A stretch of DNA of 33,746 bases, from contig JWZX01002790.1 of assembly GCA_001275005.1 (NCBI GenBank), forward strand, positions 1 through 33,746, written 5' to 3'. The stretch is from Chrysochromulina tobinii. Lineage: Eukaryota. The notes below the pieces were generated by a model. That model saw only the letters and a program-made list of their open reading frames with translations. It searched no databases and was not told the DNA's origin. Made by a program: the position numbers and the translations under genes. Below are positions 19,966-30,205 of this stretch, piece by piece (the first letter of the stretch is position 1; each line of letters starts with the position of its first letter).

Positions 19966-20697
19966 ATGGCTCGCTTCGTTCTGCTCGTCGCCGCCGTGCC
20001 CGCTGTTCTGGCCGGGTCCGTGGAGTTCAGCAGCACGGATCTCGTGGGGAAGAAGCCCTCGCTCGACAACGTGAAGGCGAGCTGGGGCACGAAATTCAGC
20101 GTGGCCGGCATGGACCTCAAGATTGACACCCAGTACGACCAGAAGGCAAAGCCCGACTTCCTCAAGGAGGCCACTCTGTCTGGTACGGTCGCTCCGGTGT
20201 CCTACTCGGTGACTCAGAACTTTGTCAGTGGCGCGAGCAAGCTCGCGCTGTCGACGAAGCAGGCCGGTGCCACGTTCAAGGCAGTGCTCTCGGGAAAGCT
20301 TGATGTTGGTGGCGCTTGGCTTGAGTCTGGCAAGCTCGACTCCGTCGCGATCACAAAGGCCGAGAAGTTCCAAGGCATCGACATCACGCTGGAGCCCTCG
20401 TACACTCCTGCCAAGCAGCTCGGCGAGCTCAAGGCGCAGGTCAAGAAGGCGCTCGGCAGCGGCCTCTCTGTGACCGGCGAGGCCGTGGCAACGACGGGCG
20501 GAGCGGTGAGCGTGAAGAAGGTCGAGCTTGCCCTGGCAAAGGAGCTGGACGGCCGGCCGGTCAAGGCTGTAGTCAGCCCGCTCTCCAAGGTGCTTGAGGT
20601 CCAGATTACTGACAAGGACTGGGGCGTCGCAACCGCCACCTATGCCCTTGGCACCAACCTACCCAAGGTCAACGTGAAGCGCAGCTTCAGCTTTTGA
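19966..20697 (+). CDS. Signal-peptide-bearing putative beta-barrel/porin-like protein (OEP24-like candidate)
   Basis: Signal peptide MARFVLLVAAVPAVLAG, alternating amphipathic strands throughout, C-terminal VNVKRSFSF, and strongly biased codon usage. Confidence 0.6.
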   Translation: MARFVLLVAAVPAVLAGSVEFSSTDLVGKKPSLDNVKASWGTKFSVAGMDLKIDTQYDQKAKPDFLKEATLSGTVAPVSYSVTQNFVSGASKLALSTKQAGATFKAVLSGKLDVGGAWLESGKLDSVAITKAEKFQGIDITLEPSYTPAKQLGELKAQVKKALGSGLSVTGEAVATTGGAVSVKKVELALAKELDGRPVKAVVSPLSKVLEVQITDKDWGVATATYALGTNLPKVNVKRSFSF

Positions 20698-20777
20698 AGC
20701 TCGTATGACGAGGCCCGCGTAAACAGAGAACGCCCAGTCGTCATCTCGAGTGGTCAGAGTCTTCGGCCGACACCTTG

Positions 20778-20811
20778 AAGAGAGAGTTTAAGAGAGAGAG
20801 AGAGAGAGAGC
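20778..20811. repeat. (GA)n microsatellite
   Basis: agagagagtttaagagagagagagagagagagc is directly visible. Confidence 0.9.
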
Positions 20812-21618
20812 GATGCTCGGCGTGTAAGGCTGAGTGCGACTGCGCGAGCAGGCGAGGTCCTGCTCGCTTATTTGGACCGGATCGCTTCTTGGCGTGCCGT
20901 ACGGGGTATTGGAGAAGCGGAATTTCTTCGCTCTTTTCTACCAAAACGGAGCGCCCGATCGGACGGTACTCGACATCGTCATCGACGAACGGATCGAGGC
21001 GCGCTCGGCTCGGCCGAGACCGCGCGCGGCGCTCCGCTCCTTGGGCCGCCCCCACGCCCCCCACCATGCGCCCCACGCAGTGCGCGCACTCAGTGCGGGA
21101 TCGGACCGTGACCGCTCGTGAGCTGCCGAAGGCGACTCGGTCCTTCGGCAGGTTGAGGTTCGACGGGTGGGACTGGAGGAGGCTTCAGGCGTTCAGGGTG
21201 TGGTGCAGTGCCGCAGCGGTGGATACCCGATGCTGCCCACTGACTGCATCTCTCTGCGCACTGCGGACTCGTTGCGCTCACAAGTTTCGACTTTGCGCGT
21301 GCGGAGGCCGAGCACGTGGGTGCGCTGCGCTCTAGCTGCGCCGGGCGTTGCTCGCGCAGGCGCAGCGGGTTCCAGGACAGCTGAGGCGCGATTTAGCAAG
21401 CACCGTCGCGGGTCAGTGATTGTCGAGTGACGCCCTGTTTTCTTACAAAAGTACTGTATTCGAGCGGCTGGGAGCGATGCTCCCTACACCTTGAGATACT
21501 CTGGGTGACGAGGCGCGGCCATAGGCACCACAGCAGCTGAGCGAGAGCCGAGAGATGTTTTACGGAAAATTCCTGCTTGCATGCTAAAAAATTTAGTTAC
21601 TTCAACGGGATCCCAAAC

Positions 21619-22851
21619 ATGCCGATGCGCGTCATTCGAGCTGCGATCACCATTTTAGCGGCGATGGGGGCGGCCGTCGCACCCGATACGCATAGTCTCA
21701 CACTAGCAGCTGTCACACTACTCGCGCTCGTCAAGCCTGTCGCTGCCAAGACGCGAAGTTGCCTACGAGCCGATGTGGAGACGGCGAGCGGTGGCTGGGA
21801 CCTCTGGCAGTGTCACGAGTTGACCATTGATGTTCCATATTCTCCGAAATCGCTGAGACTGTCCTCTGCGAGCGTCGCGGCGCTTGCCGCTGCGGTTAAA
21901 GGCAACCGCGTCCTCGTAACGCTGAGGTTGAGGCAGGCTGGCGTGGGCGATGCTGGTGCGCTCGCGCTCGCAGATGCGCTGCGCACGGACGGTACGGCAC
22001 TCACGACACTCGAGCTGTGGCGATCAGGCGTGGGCGTACTTGGCTGCTTAGCTCTTGCGGAGTCGCTCTCCTCCACACGACGCTCATCATCCAAGCGAGG
22101 CGCACGCCTCACGACGCTCGATCTGCGACATAATGCCGTGGGCAACGAGTGTGCCATCGCTCTCTCCACAGTGCTCAGCGAGCCCTCGAGCTCGCTCAAG
22201 GCCTTGCGCTTGCAGCACACAGAGATCACATCCATAGGCGCCCAGGCGCTCGCACGGAGCCTCAAGAGCAACGTTCAGCTCGTCTTGCTCGACCTTGGTG
22301 GCAATGACCTCGGCAAGGGGATGGAGGCGTTCAATGCGATGCTCGACACGAACACGAGACTTGAGGCGCTCGGCTTCAAGGGCTGCAAGGACGCCGACAA
22401 GGCCCTTGTGAGGTCGATCACACGCAAGCTCTTGTTGCGGCGACCACCTTCGTCACCGCCGCCGCAGCCCTCACCGCCGCCGCAGCCCTCACCGCTGCCG
22501 CAGCCCTCACCGCTGCCGCAGCCCTCACCGCCGCCGCCGCCGAGGCCACCGAGTGCGCCACCGCCGCCCTTGCCGAGCGCGCCGCCGCCGCCCTTTCCCT
22601 CGCCGCGGCCGCCCTCGCCGTCCTCGCCCTCCTCGCCCTCCTCGACGCCACAGCCGTTGATCGTCAGCTGGCTGCTCCACCACGGCCTGGAGCCTGTGGA
22701 AGAGTACCTTCCCCTTCTGCTCTCGATGGGACTTGAGCTGAGCGAGACTGATCCGCGTCGCATCGACAACGCTCTGCGCTACTTGTCTGCCTCGGCGCCG
22801 GTCGATGCTCTGGATCTCAAGGAGGAGCTCCGCCTCCGGCGGCGCCAGTGA
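21619..22851 (+). CDS. RNI-like (NLRC3-type) leucine-rich-repeat protein with hydrophobic N-terminus and Pro/Ser-rich region; 3' end uncertain
   Basis: LRRs LVTLRLRQAGVGDAGALALADAL, LTTLDLRHNAVGNECAIALS and LKALRLQHTEITSIGAQALA; PQPSPPP repeats at 22450-22650. Confidence 0.8.
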   Translation: MPMRVIRAAITILAAMGAAVAPDTHSLTLAAVTLLALVKPVAAKTRSCLRADVETASGGWDLWQCHELTIDVPYSPKSLRLSSASVAALAAAVKGNRVLVTLRLRQAGVGDAGALALADALRTDGTALTTLELWRSGVGVLGCLALAESLSSTRRSSSKRGARLTTLDLRHNAVGNECAIALSTVLSEPSSSLKALRLQHTEITSIGAQALARSLKSNVQLVLLDLGGNDLGKGMEAFNAMLDTNTRLEALGFKGCKDADKALVRSITRKLLLRRPPSSPPPQPSPPPQPSPLPQPSPLPQPSPPPPPRPPSAPPPPLPSAPPPPFPSPRPPSPSSPSSPSSTPQPLIVSWLLHHGLEPVEEYLPLLLSMGLELSETDPRRIDNALRYLSASAPVDALDLKEELRLRRRQ

Positions 22852-23548
22852 TTCACACCCGAGCCACGGAGCCACAGCCCGAGTGGCGGCGATTATCGGT
22901 CCTCCTCCTCGGACCTCGCGAAGCGGAAGATGTAACGGCAGGTGCGGAGTACTCTGCGATTTAAACATGGATTTAAACTTTATACTCTAAACTTTATTGT
23001 CGAGGTTCAACGCCAAACTCTTCCCTGCCACTTGCCAGACTTGAGCTCCGCCCTCGGCGCCACCCTTGATGCCGTCGACGCCGCCCTTGACACCGCCCAG
23101 GACGCCGCGCTCAACGCTGCCCTCGAAGCCGATTGTAGTTAGATTGTAGATGTAGTTCATTTGTGCTAATTGAAAAATTGGTAGTACCAACACAAACAAG
23201 ATACATGCATGCACCACTGTCATCTCACGACACATCTCTCATCATCAACATCATCAAGACCGAGGAGGACACGGCGACAAAAGTTGCATGTAATCGGATC
23301 TGGGTCGTGTACGTGCCAAGAGTGCTGTACCGGCATTCATCCACTTTCAGATCTCGCTGGCAGGGTGCAAGGCCCCGCATGTTCACACCTCCAAGGTGTG
23401 AGCCAGGAGCCCTCCATCCATTGCCCGCTCACCCCGCCTCTCTGAATTGTGAATACATGGCTCTGCCCTGCCGCTCTGCCGTTCTGCCGCTCTGCCGCCA
23501 TACCGGGCGCCTCCCCCGGCCGTACGCAGCGGCCACCGCGAGCGTGCC

Positions 23549-24502
23549 TCAGCCAAAGGTGAAGGATGAGAAGCCGCCCGGCGGCGCGTTCACCCGCGAC
23601 GAGGAGCGGCCGCCGTGCAGGCCGTTGCCGTCGGCTGCCTGCCATGGAGCCCTGTTCTCTCCCGTGGGGTCGATGGCGCGCCGATAAGGTCCCTCAGTGT
23701 GCTCGAGAGCCTTGCCCGTGAACCCGCCGCCGTTGCGCTTCGCGATGTTATTGTAGCTCGCGTGGTGGTTGCCGCTCACGTCATTGTTCCAGCCGAAGCT
23801 GAACGTCGAGTTCCCGCCCGGCGGATTGATCGCCTGGCGGCGCATGCCTAGCCCAAGAGGATCTGCGGAGCCGAGCGCTTGGTGCGTCGGCATCGGCGGC
23901 AGGTAGGGCGCGGGCGTGGGTGCGGGCGCGAAGGATTTGGGCGCCATGGGCCCGTGCGCCCATGGTGCGGGGGCTCTCTGCTGCTGCTGCTGCTGCTGCT
24001 GCGCGACGAAATCGGTGAGCGAGTCGTCTGTCTGCCGCCGTGGCGGTGGCTGCTGCGAAGAGCCGTCGGCGAAGCTGAAGCTGGACGTGCCACCGGGCGG
24101 CTGGCGGTAGTCCATCACCGGCACAGTCTGCGCACGAGTGTACACGCCGGTCGAGTTGTCGTCGAGGGTGAAGGACGAGCGGCCGCCAGGAGGCTGGCGG
24201 AAGTTGCTCGCAACATCGGGCTGGTCCATGACCGTCGGCGGCGGCGCGTGGTGGTCGATGCGACGCAGGCCGTTGGTGTGCCGGCGTTCAGGCTCCCCGC
24301 CCGGCCCACGGGCCGCGCTGTCGTCGAAGACGAAGGAGCCCCGCCCACCTGGTGGCTGAGCGATACGCGTGCTTGACTGTACGCCGCCCCTGCCGGGAAT
24401 CGGCTCGGGCATCCGCCGGATGTCCGAGCCGTCGGCAAAGGAAAACGAGGTGTGGCCGCCGGGCGGCTGAGCGATGCGCGTGCTGCTCTCGTGGTAGACC
24501 AT
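23549..24502 (-). CDS. Jupiter/HN1/SPIRAL1-like microtubule-associated protein with six PPGG repeats
   Basis: Six copies of (R)xxxPPGGxSxFxF, ending SSRVNAPPGGFSSFTFG; poly-Q from a (CAG)n tract. Confidence 0.75.
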   Translation of the reverse strand: MVYHESSTRIAQPPGGHTSFSFADGSDIRRMPEPIPGRGGVQSSTRIAQPPGGRGSFVFDDSAARGPGGEPERRHTNGLRRIDHHAPPPTVMDQPDVASNFRQPPGGRSSFTLDDNSTGVYTRAQTVPVMDYRQPPGGTSSFSFADGSSQQPPPRRQTDDSLTDFVAQQQQQQQQRAPAPWAHGPMAPKSFAPAPTPAPYLPPMPTHQALGSADPLGLGMRRQAINPPGGNSTFSFGWNNDVSGNHHASYNNIAKRNGGGFTGKALEHTEGPYRRAIDPTGENRAPWQAADGNGLHGGRSSSRVNAPPGGFSSFTFG

Positions 24503-24981
24503 CTTCGCTGGGCTTGGCGCGTGCGTATTGAGTATCGGCTGGGTGGCGCCGACGCTCTGGCGTTGACCTTGAGGCGTTTGTTCAAAAAACGCTTGTACCG
24601 GTAAGTTGAACTTTCCTAACCGTCAAAACGACGCGCCACCAAACTCTCACCATGTTGCGTGCAAGGATTGCGGGCGAGTCTCGAGAGTCGAGTGATCGCG
24701 GCCGCGCTGGCGTCGTCTCCGCGTATGGTTCTCGAACGAAAAAGACTAAAAGAGCTAGCTGCGCTCCGTGAACGTGTGCGCTTGTGCGGAACTAACGGAA
24801 CCGGTCGATAGCTTCTCGTACTATAAGAGTCGAATCAAAGTAGAGAGTTACTAAAGCTGCCTCGTTCAGTAGAGGCTAGTTCGTCGAAAACAACACTTAC
24901 TGTACGCTCTCTGCGCGGGGGTGCGCAGAAACTTGCAACTTTGAAACTTTGCAGCCAGCAAGGTTTATTTCGGGGACCAAG

Positions 24982-27900
24982 ATGCCTCTCAACGTGGGCG
25001 ACGTCGTGCGCGTCAAGCCGAGCGTGTCGAAGCCGGCCTACGGCTGGGGCAGCGTCACCCATAACTCCGTGGGGATCGTCATACGCGTCGACTCGGACGG
25101 TGACTTGAAGGTGGATTGGCCCAACTCGCCCGGTTGGAATGGGAAAAGCTCTGAGATGGAGTTGGTCACCGCCAACACTACGCAGGCGATCCAAGTGCCC
25201 CAGCATCAGCACATTCTCAAGTTTCACCGCCGTGAGCGGGGTTATAACTGCGACGTCTGCCGCCGTTCCTTCAGCGCCGGGGATCACAGCTACTACTGCA
25301 GCACCTGCGACTTTGACGCCTGCATTTCGTGCTCGTCGAAGTACTTCACACAGCCACCCACCGTCGCGAGTTCCCAGCCACCGGTCGGGCTGAGCCGGCT
25401 CGTCGAGTCGCTGAAAAAGGAGGGGGCGATCACCTCGCCCGCGGTCATCCAAGCCTTTCTCAGCGTGGACCGCAAGAAGTACTGCGTCGGTGCGAGCGAC
25501 GACGAGGCTTATGCGGACCGGCCCTATCGATCCATGCAACGCAATGCCGTACATCTGTCGGCACCGAGCATCTACACGCGCTGCGTCGAGCATCTTGATC
25601 TCCAGCCGGGTTTGAGCTTCCTCAACGTCGGCAGCGGGACGGGGTACCTCTCTGCGGTGGTCGCGACGCTCATCGGTCCGAATGCGATCAACCACGGCAT
25701 CGAGCTGCGCACGTCGAACGTCGAGCTGTCGCGCACCCTCGCAGCTGAGCGCGGGCTCTCGTCCATTGTGTTCCACAACCGCTCCATTCGTGCAGTCGAT
25801 CCGAAGGCCTCGATGAAGTTTGACCGGATCTATGTTGGCGCGGCGGCGAATGCGGAGGAGCGCACGCTCGTGGCGCAGCTGCTCAAGATCGGCGGACTCT
25901 GCGTGGGCCCGTATGACAACGCGAGCGGCGGCCAGCAAATGCTGAAGCTCGAGCGATACGGCACGGAAGGCGAGGTGCGCTTGCGCGAAACAGTGTTGAT
26001 GGGCGTGAACTTTTCCTCACTGCTGCGCGGGCGCGAGCTGACCGATGTCGCGCACGATACGCCCGCCAACCCGCTCGAGCCCCTAGCCCTGGGGTCGAAG
26101 TCGGTCCCGCAGCCATCCACTGTCGCGGGTTCCCGCCCACGGGTAGGGCAGAGCGTGCGTGTCGTCGACGGTCATCGAAAGGGACAAACAGGCACCCTCA
26201 TCGAGGATGACGGCAGCCCTAACATGCCATTCAAGGTCAGGTTTTCGGACTCGGGCATATTATGGTTGAACCTGCTTGACGTTGAAGCAGTTGGTCCTGC
26301 TGGTGGGGGCGCCGTCATTGCGCTCGAAGGCGGCTCGCTTGCCGGCGGGTATCGTAAGGACGACCGCGTGACGGCTGGCGTCGCTTGTGGTAAAGTCGCG
26401 GTTGGAGACGCAGGCACGGTGATTGGCCCTTGCACCTCTGAGTGCGACGATAAGGCGAGTCGAGTGTGCGTCGAGTTTGACGGTGGGAAGGGACAGATCA
26501 ACTACGTCGCTTCGACTCAACTTACTCTGATCACGCTTGCCGGCGGGCACCGGAGGGGAGACCGTGTGACGGCTGCCGTTGCTCATGGTAAAGTCGCGGT
26601 TGGAGACGCAGGCACGGTGATTGGCCCTTGCACCGCTGAGTGTGCCGATAAGGCGAGCCGTGTGTGCGTCGAGTTTGATGGCGGGAAGGGACAGATCAAC
26701 TATGTCGCTTCAAGCCAGATCAATCTGATAACGCTCGCCGGTGGGTACCGGAGGGGCGACCGTGTGGCGGCTGCCATCGCTCATGATAAAGTCGCGGTTG
26801 GAGATGCAGGCACGGTGATTGGACCTTGCAGCAATCAGGGTAACGAGCATGCACAGCGTGTTTGTGTCGAGTTTGATGGCGGGAAAGGACAGATCAACTA
26901 CCTCGCTTCGTCTCAGCTTACCCTGATCACGCTCGCCGGCGGGTACCGGAGGGGCGACCGCGTGACGGCTGCCCAAGCTCATGACAAAGTCGCGGTTGGA
27001 GACGCAGGCACGGTGATTGGCCCTTGCAGCAATGAGTGTGCCGACAAGGCGAATCGTGTGTGCGTCGAGTTTGATGGCGGGAAGGGACAGATCAACTACC
27101 TCGCTTCGACTCAGCTTAATCTGTCAACGATCGCCGGCGGGTACCGGAGGGGCGACCGCGTGACGGCTGGCGTCGCTTGTGGTAAAGTCGCGGTTGGAGA
27201 CGCAGGCACGGTGATTGGCCCTTGCACCGCTGAGTGTGCCGACAAGACTAGTCGTGTGTGCGTCGAGTTTGATGGCGGGAAAGGACAGATCAATTACCTC
27301 GCTTCGACTCAGCTTACCCTGATCACGCTCGCCGGCGGGTACCGGAGGGGCGACCGCGTGACGGCTGTCATCGCTCATGATAAAGTCGCGGTTGGAGACG
27401 CAGGCACGGTGATTGGCCCTTGCACCTCTGAGTCTGCCGATAAGGCGAGCCGTGTGTGCGTCGAGTTTGATGGCGGGAAGGGACAGATCAACTATGTCGC
27501 TTCGATCCAGATCAATCTGATAACGCTCGCCGGCGGGTACCGGAGGGGAGACCGTGTGACGGCTGCCGTTGCTCATGGTAAAGTCGCGGTTGGAGACGCA
27601 GGCACGGTGATTGGCCCTTGCACCTCTGAGTGTGCCGATAAGGCGAGCCGTGTGTGCGTCGAGTTTGATGGCGGGAAGGGACAGATCAACTATGTCGCTT
27701 CAAGCCAGATACAGAAGGTGGCGGAGAAGTCCGCCGCAGATAAGGCCGCCGCGGAGAAGGCCGCCGCGGAGAAGGCCGCCGCAGAGAAGGCCGCCGCGGA
27801 GAAGGCCGCCGCGGAGAAGAGGACCCGCGACTTGTTCGAGGCTGCAAAGGCTGGTAACAACGACGAGCTCAAGAGGCTGATCGACCTGGGTGGCGACGTC

Positions 27901-29766
27901 CTTTGGAAGAATCCTAACGACAGCGGGATGACTGCACTCCACTATGCCGCTTTTGGAGGGCATTTGGCCTGCGTCGAGACGCTGCTCCTTGCCAAGGTGC
28001 GTTTAGTGGACAACCTGACCCCCGACGAGGCGACGGCACTCCACTCTGCCGCATGCGGAGGGCACGTGAACTGCATCGAGGCGTTGCTTCGCGCCAACGT
28101 GCGATTGGACGCCACGAAGACAGACGGGGACACGGCGCTCCACAGAGCAGCCTGCCTCAACAAGCCGGACGCCGTGACGCGGCTGCTCGCCGCGGGTGCC
28201 GGTACGGCGATTCGAAACAAGGCCGGCCAGACAGCGCTCGACGTTGCACGGAAGGAGGGCCACATCTCGGTCATCGCGCTGCTTGAGGCCGCGGAGAAGG
28301 CCAACCCGATTTCATCGATTGTCGACTCTGCACGCCTCAGGTTCGGTAGCTTGCTCGAGGAGATGGAAGCAGCCATGAAGGCTCAGAAGGCAGCGGCGGA
28401 GAAGGCGGCGGCCGAGAAGGCGGCGGCGGAGAAGGCGGCGGCCGAGAAGGCGGCGGCGGAGAAGGCGGCGGCGGAGAAGGCCGCGGCCGAGAAGGCGGCA
28501 GCCGAGAAGGCGGCAGCCGAGAAGGCGGCAGCCGAGAAGGCTGCCGCCGAGAGAGCCGCAGCAGCGGCAGCGGCGGAGGCGGTGGCGCTTCGTCGCGAGT
28601 TGGAAGCCATGCGTGCCACCTCCGAGAAGGCGGCAGCTGAGGCAAAGGCGGCGGCCGAGAGGGCGGCGGCTGAGGCGAAGAAGGCGGCCGAGAAGGCGGC
28701 GGCCGAGGCAAAGGCGGCGGCCGAGAGGGCGGCGGCTGAGGCGAAGAAGGCGGCCGAGAAGGCAGCGGCCGAGGCAAAGGCGGCGGCCGAGAAGGCGGCG
28801 GCCGAGAAGGCCGCAGCCGAGAAGGCCGCAGCTGAGAAAGCAGCAGCCGAGAGGGCGGAGAGCGCAAAACCCGGGCCCGCTGCGGAGCCGGCCGCCAAGC
28901 TGACCGCCCAGCTGCAACGTCTGCCGACAGCCGTTTCCCTCTTTCTCAATCAGTGGGGACTGCGGTTTGACACGCCAGCCGCGGGGTTGGCGCTGCCAGA
29001 GCGGCACGCAGTACCCTCGCAGGTCACCTCGAAAGAAGCGGTGCGAAAGTTGCATCGCCAGCAAACAGTCTCGCATCTGCCGGAGAGCTGGAATGCCGAG
29101 GAACGATTCGCAGTGCCAGATGTTATCACCGAGCAGATGACTCAGGTCGTTAAGAGCGGAGTGCTCGCGCTATTGCCACAGGGCATGCAGTTTCAGGACT
29201 TCTATCCCGAGGTGGTGATCTCGTACGCGTCGGGTCGCCGCCTTTGGCAGGACTGCGACGGTGCTGGACCGGGCATGTATTATGCGGCGGGGATCCTCAA
29301 GATCCTCCATGAGCGCGGCGTGCGATGCTTCAGCGGGCTGCACGTCCCACCTGGTACCGATTGGGAAGTCTTCATGCTGCGTCTGAACTCGCGACGTGCC
29401 CAAGCCAAGGTACTGATCGTCGTGCTGACTGCGGCATTGTTCGACTCCAAGCCGTGTCTCAAGGAGCTCAATGCGGCCATCAAGAAGGGTATCCCGGTGC
29501 TACCGATCCGATTTGAGGACAAGTTACCCGGGCACAAAGATCAGTGGGCGAGGTTTACGGACGAGGAATCGGAGCTCATGATATATCGTGTACAGGAGCA
29601 CCTCAGCAAGGTGAACTCCATCCCGCACCCTGGCACAGTGCTCACGGTGCCCGATTCCATGAACACGGTCGTGGGTCTGATTGATAAGCATCTTGGGATT
29701 GAGCGAACTTACATTTCCCAGGGCATGGCGGGCAATCATGATCGTGACGATAGCTATGAGGCGTAG
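24982..29766 (+). CDS. Multidomain TIR protein: HERC2/KEG-like SH3 - C1/ZZ-like Zn finger - PCMTD-like methyltransferase - KOW/SH3 - 7x SH3-like repeats - ankyrins - AEKAA helices - TIR
   Basis: [32 protein letters not shown]...CDVC...[20 protein letters not shown]...[14 protein letters not shown]...[37 protein letters not shown]...[24 protein letters not shown]...VLPIRFE. Single uninterrupted ORF from ATG 24982. Confidence 0.88.
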   Translation: MPLNVGDVVRVKPSVSKPAYGWGSVTHNSVGIVIRVDSDGDLKVDWPNSPGWNGKSSEMELVTANTTQAIQVPQHQHILKFHRRERGYNCDVCRRSFSAGDHSYYCSTCDFDACISCSSKYFTQPPTVASSQPPVGLSRLVESLKKEGAITSPAVIQAFLSVDRKKYCVGASDDEAYADRPYRSMQRNAVHLSAPSIYTRCVEHLDLQPGLSFLNVGSGTGYLSAVVATLIGPNAINHGIELRTSNVELSRTLAAERGLSSIVFHNRSIRAVDPKASMKFDRIYVGAAANAEERTLVAQLLKIGGLCVGPYDNASGGQQMLKLERYGTEGEVRLRETVLMGVNFSSLLRGRELTDVAHDTPANPLEPLALGSKSVPQPSTVAGSRPRVGQSVRVVDGHRKGQTGTLIEDDGSPNMPFKVRFSDSGILWLNLLDVEAVGPAGGGAVIALEGGSLAGGYRKDDRVTAGVACGKVAVGDAGTVIGPCTSECDDKASRVCVEFDGGKGQINYVASTQLTLITLAGGHRRGDRVTAAVAHGKVAVGDAGTVIGPCTAECADKASRVCVEFDGGKGQINYVASSQINLITLAGGYRRGDRVAAAIAHDKVAVGDAGTVIGPCSNQGNEHAQRVCVEFDGGKGQINYLASSQLTLITLAGGYRRGDRVTAAQAHDKVAVGDAGTVIGPCSNECADKANRVCVEFDGGKGQINYLASTQLNLSTIAGGYRRGDRVTAGVACGKVAVGDAGTVIGPCTAECADKTSRVCVEFDGGKGQINYLASTQLTLITLAGGYRRGDRVTAVIAHDKVAVGDAGTVIGPCTSESADKASRVCVEFDGGKGQINYVASIQINLITLAGGYRRGDRVTAAVAHGKVAVGDAGTVIGPCTSECADKASRVCVEFDGGKGQINYVASSQIQKVAEKSAADKAAAEKAAAEKAAAEKAAAEKAAAEKRTRDLFEAAKAGNNDELKRLIDLGGDVLWKNPNDSGMTALHYAAFGGHLACVETLLLAKVRLVDNLTPDEATALHSAACGGHVNCIEALLRANVRLDATKTDGDTALHRAACLNKPDAVTRLLAAGAGTAIRNKAGQTALDVARKEGHISVIALLEAAEKANPISSIVDSARLRFGSLLEEMEAAMKAQKAAAEKAAAEKAAAEKAAAEKAAAEKAAAEKAAAEKAAAEKAAAEKAAAEKAAAERAAAAAAAEAVALRRELEAMRATSEKAAAEAKAAAERAAAEAKKAAEKAAAEAKAAAERAAAEAKKAAEKAAAEAKAAAEKAAAEKAAAEKAAAEKAAAERAESAKPGPAAEPAAKLTAQLQRLPTAVSLFLNQWGLRFDTPAAGLALPERHAVPSQVTSKEAVRKLHRQQTVSHLPESWNAEERFAVPDVITEQMTQVVKSGVLALLPQGMQFQDFYPEVVISYASGRRLWQDCDGAGPGMYYAAGILKILHERGVRCFSGLHVPPGTDWEVFMLRLNSRRAQAKVLIVVLTAALFDSKPCLKELNAAIKKGIPVLPIRFEDKLPGHKDQWARFTDEESELMIYRVQEHLSKVNSIPHPGTVLTVPDSMNTVVGLIDKHLGIERTYISQGMAGNHDRDDSYEA
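26338..27720 (+). repeat. Coding tandem repeat, 7 x 198 bp (66 aa)
   Basis: The core gttggagacgcaggcacggtgattgg recurs every 198 bp (26401, 26599, ...). Unit: [11 protein letters not shown]...[14 protein letters not shown]...[15 protein letters not shown]. Confidence 0.97.
28384..28860 (+). repeat. Coding 15-bp (AEKAA)n repeat; a second, shorter array lies at about 27720-27820
   Basis: gcggagaaggcggcg-type units are directly visible. Confidence 0.95.
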
Positions 29767-30205
29767 CAGTCGACCTCGGACCTGGGTAAGTCGCTGAAGC
29801 GGTAGGGCTTGCTAAGTTTGACGGTCATGACGCTAGCAGGACACCACCTGGGTGCGAACTTTTTTGTAGCTTTTCTCTGGATATATGCTGAGCCTGTGGC
29901 GCTGTGTGGGTCGACGGGTCTGTGCCCCTCTGCCGCGGGCGCCTGCGCGGTGCCTCTTTCGCTCCTCAACAGTCAACTCGACTCCACTAGTACAGTCGTT
30001 TCTCGGGGGGATGAGTGGGTGGCCGGACTGATGTGTGCGATTGGTCGGGTTCGCTTTTATAGTTCACTAATTCGCACGCGCGCAGCACACGTCATATCAC
30101 GCATTAGCGCACGCCCGTCAGCGGAAGGGGATGGGCACAATCATGGTGGGCACGAACCCCTCACCGCTCGGCTATCGACAAGTTTGTGCTCCGGCTGTAT
30201 AAAGA

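Noticed and set aside
23030..23142. LSSALGATLDAVDAALDT... as a final exon of the LRR gene
   Set aside because: The obvious GT donor near 22848 and AG acceptor near 23038 do not join this frame; it cannot be supported without transcripts.
26338..27720. Regular repeat array as a CRISPR locus
   Set aside because: The units are 198-bp in-frame coding repeats without unique spacers, there are no cas genes, and the context is eukaryotic.
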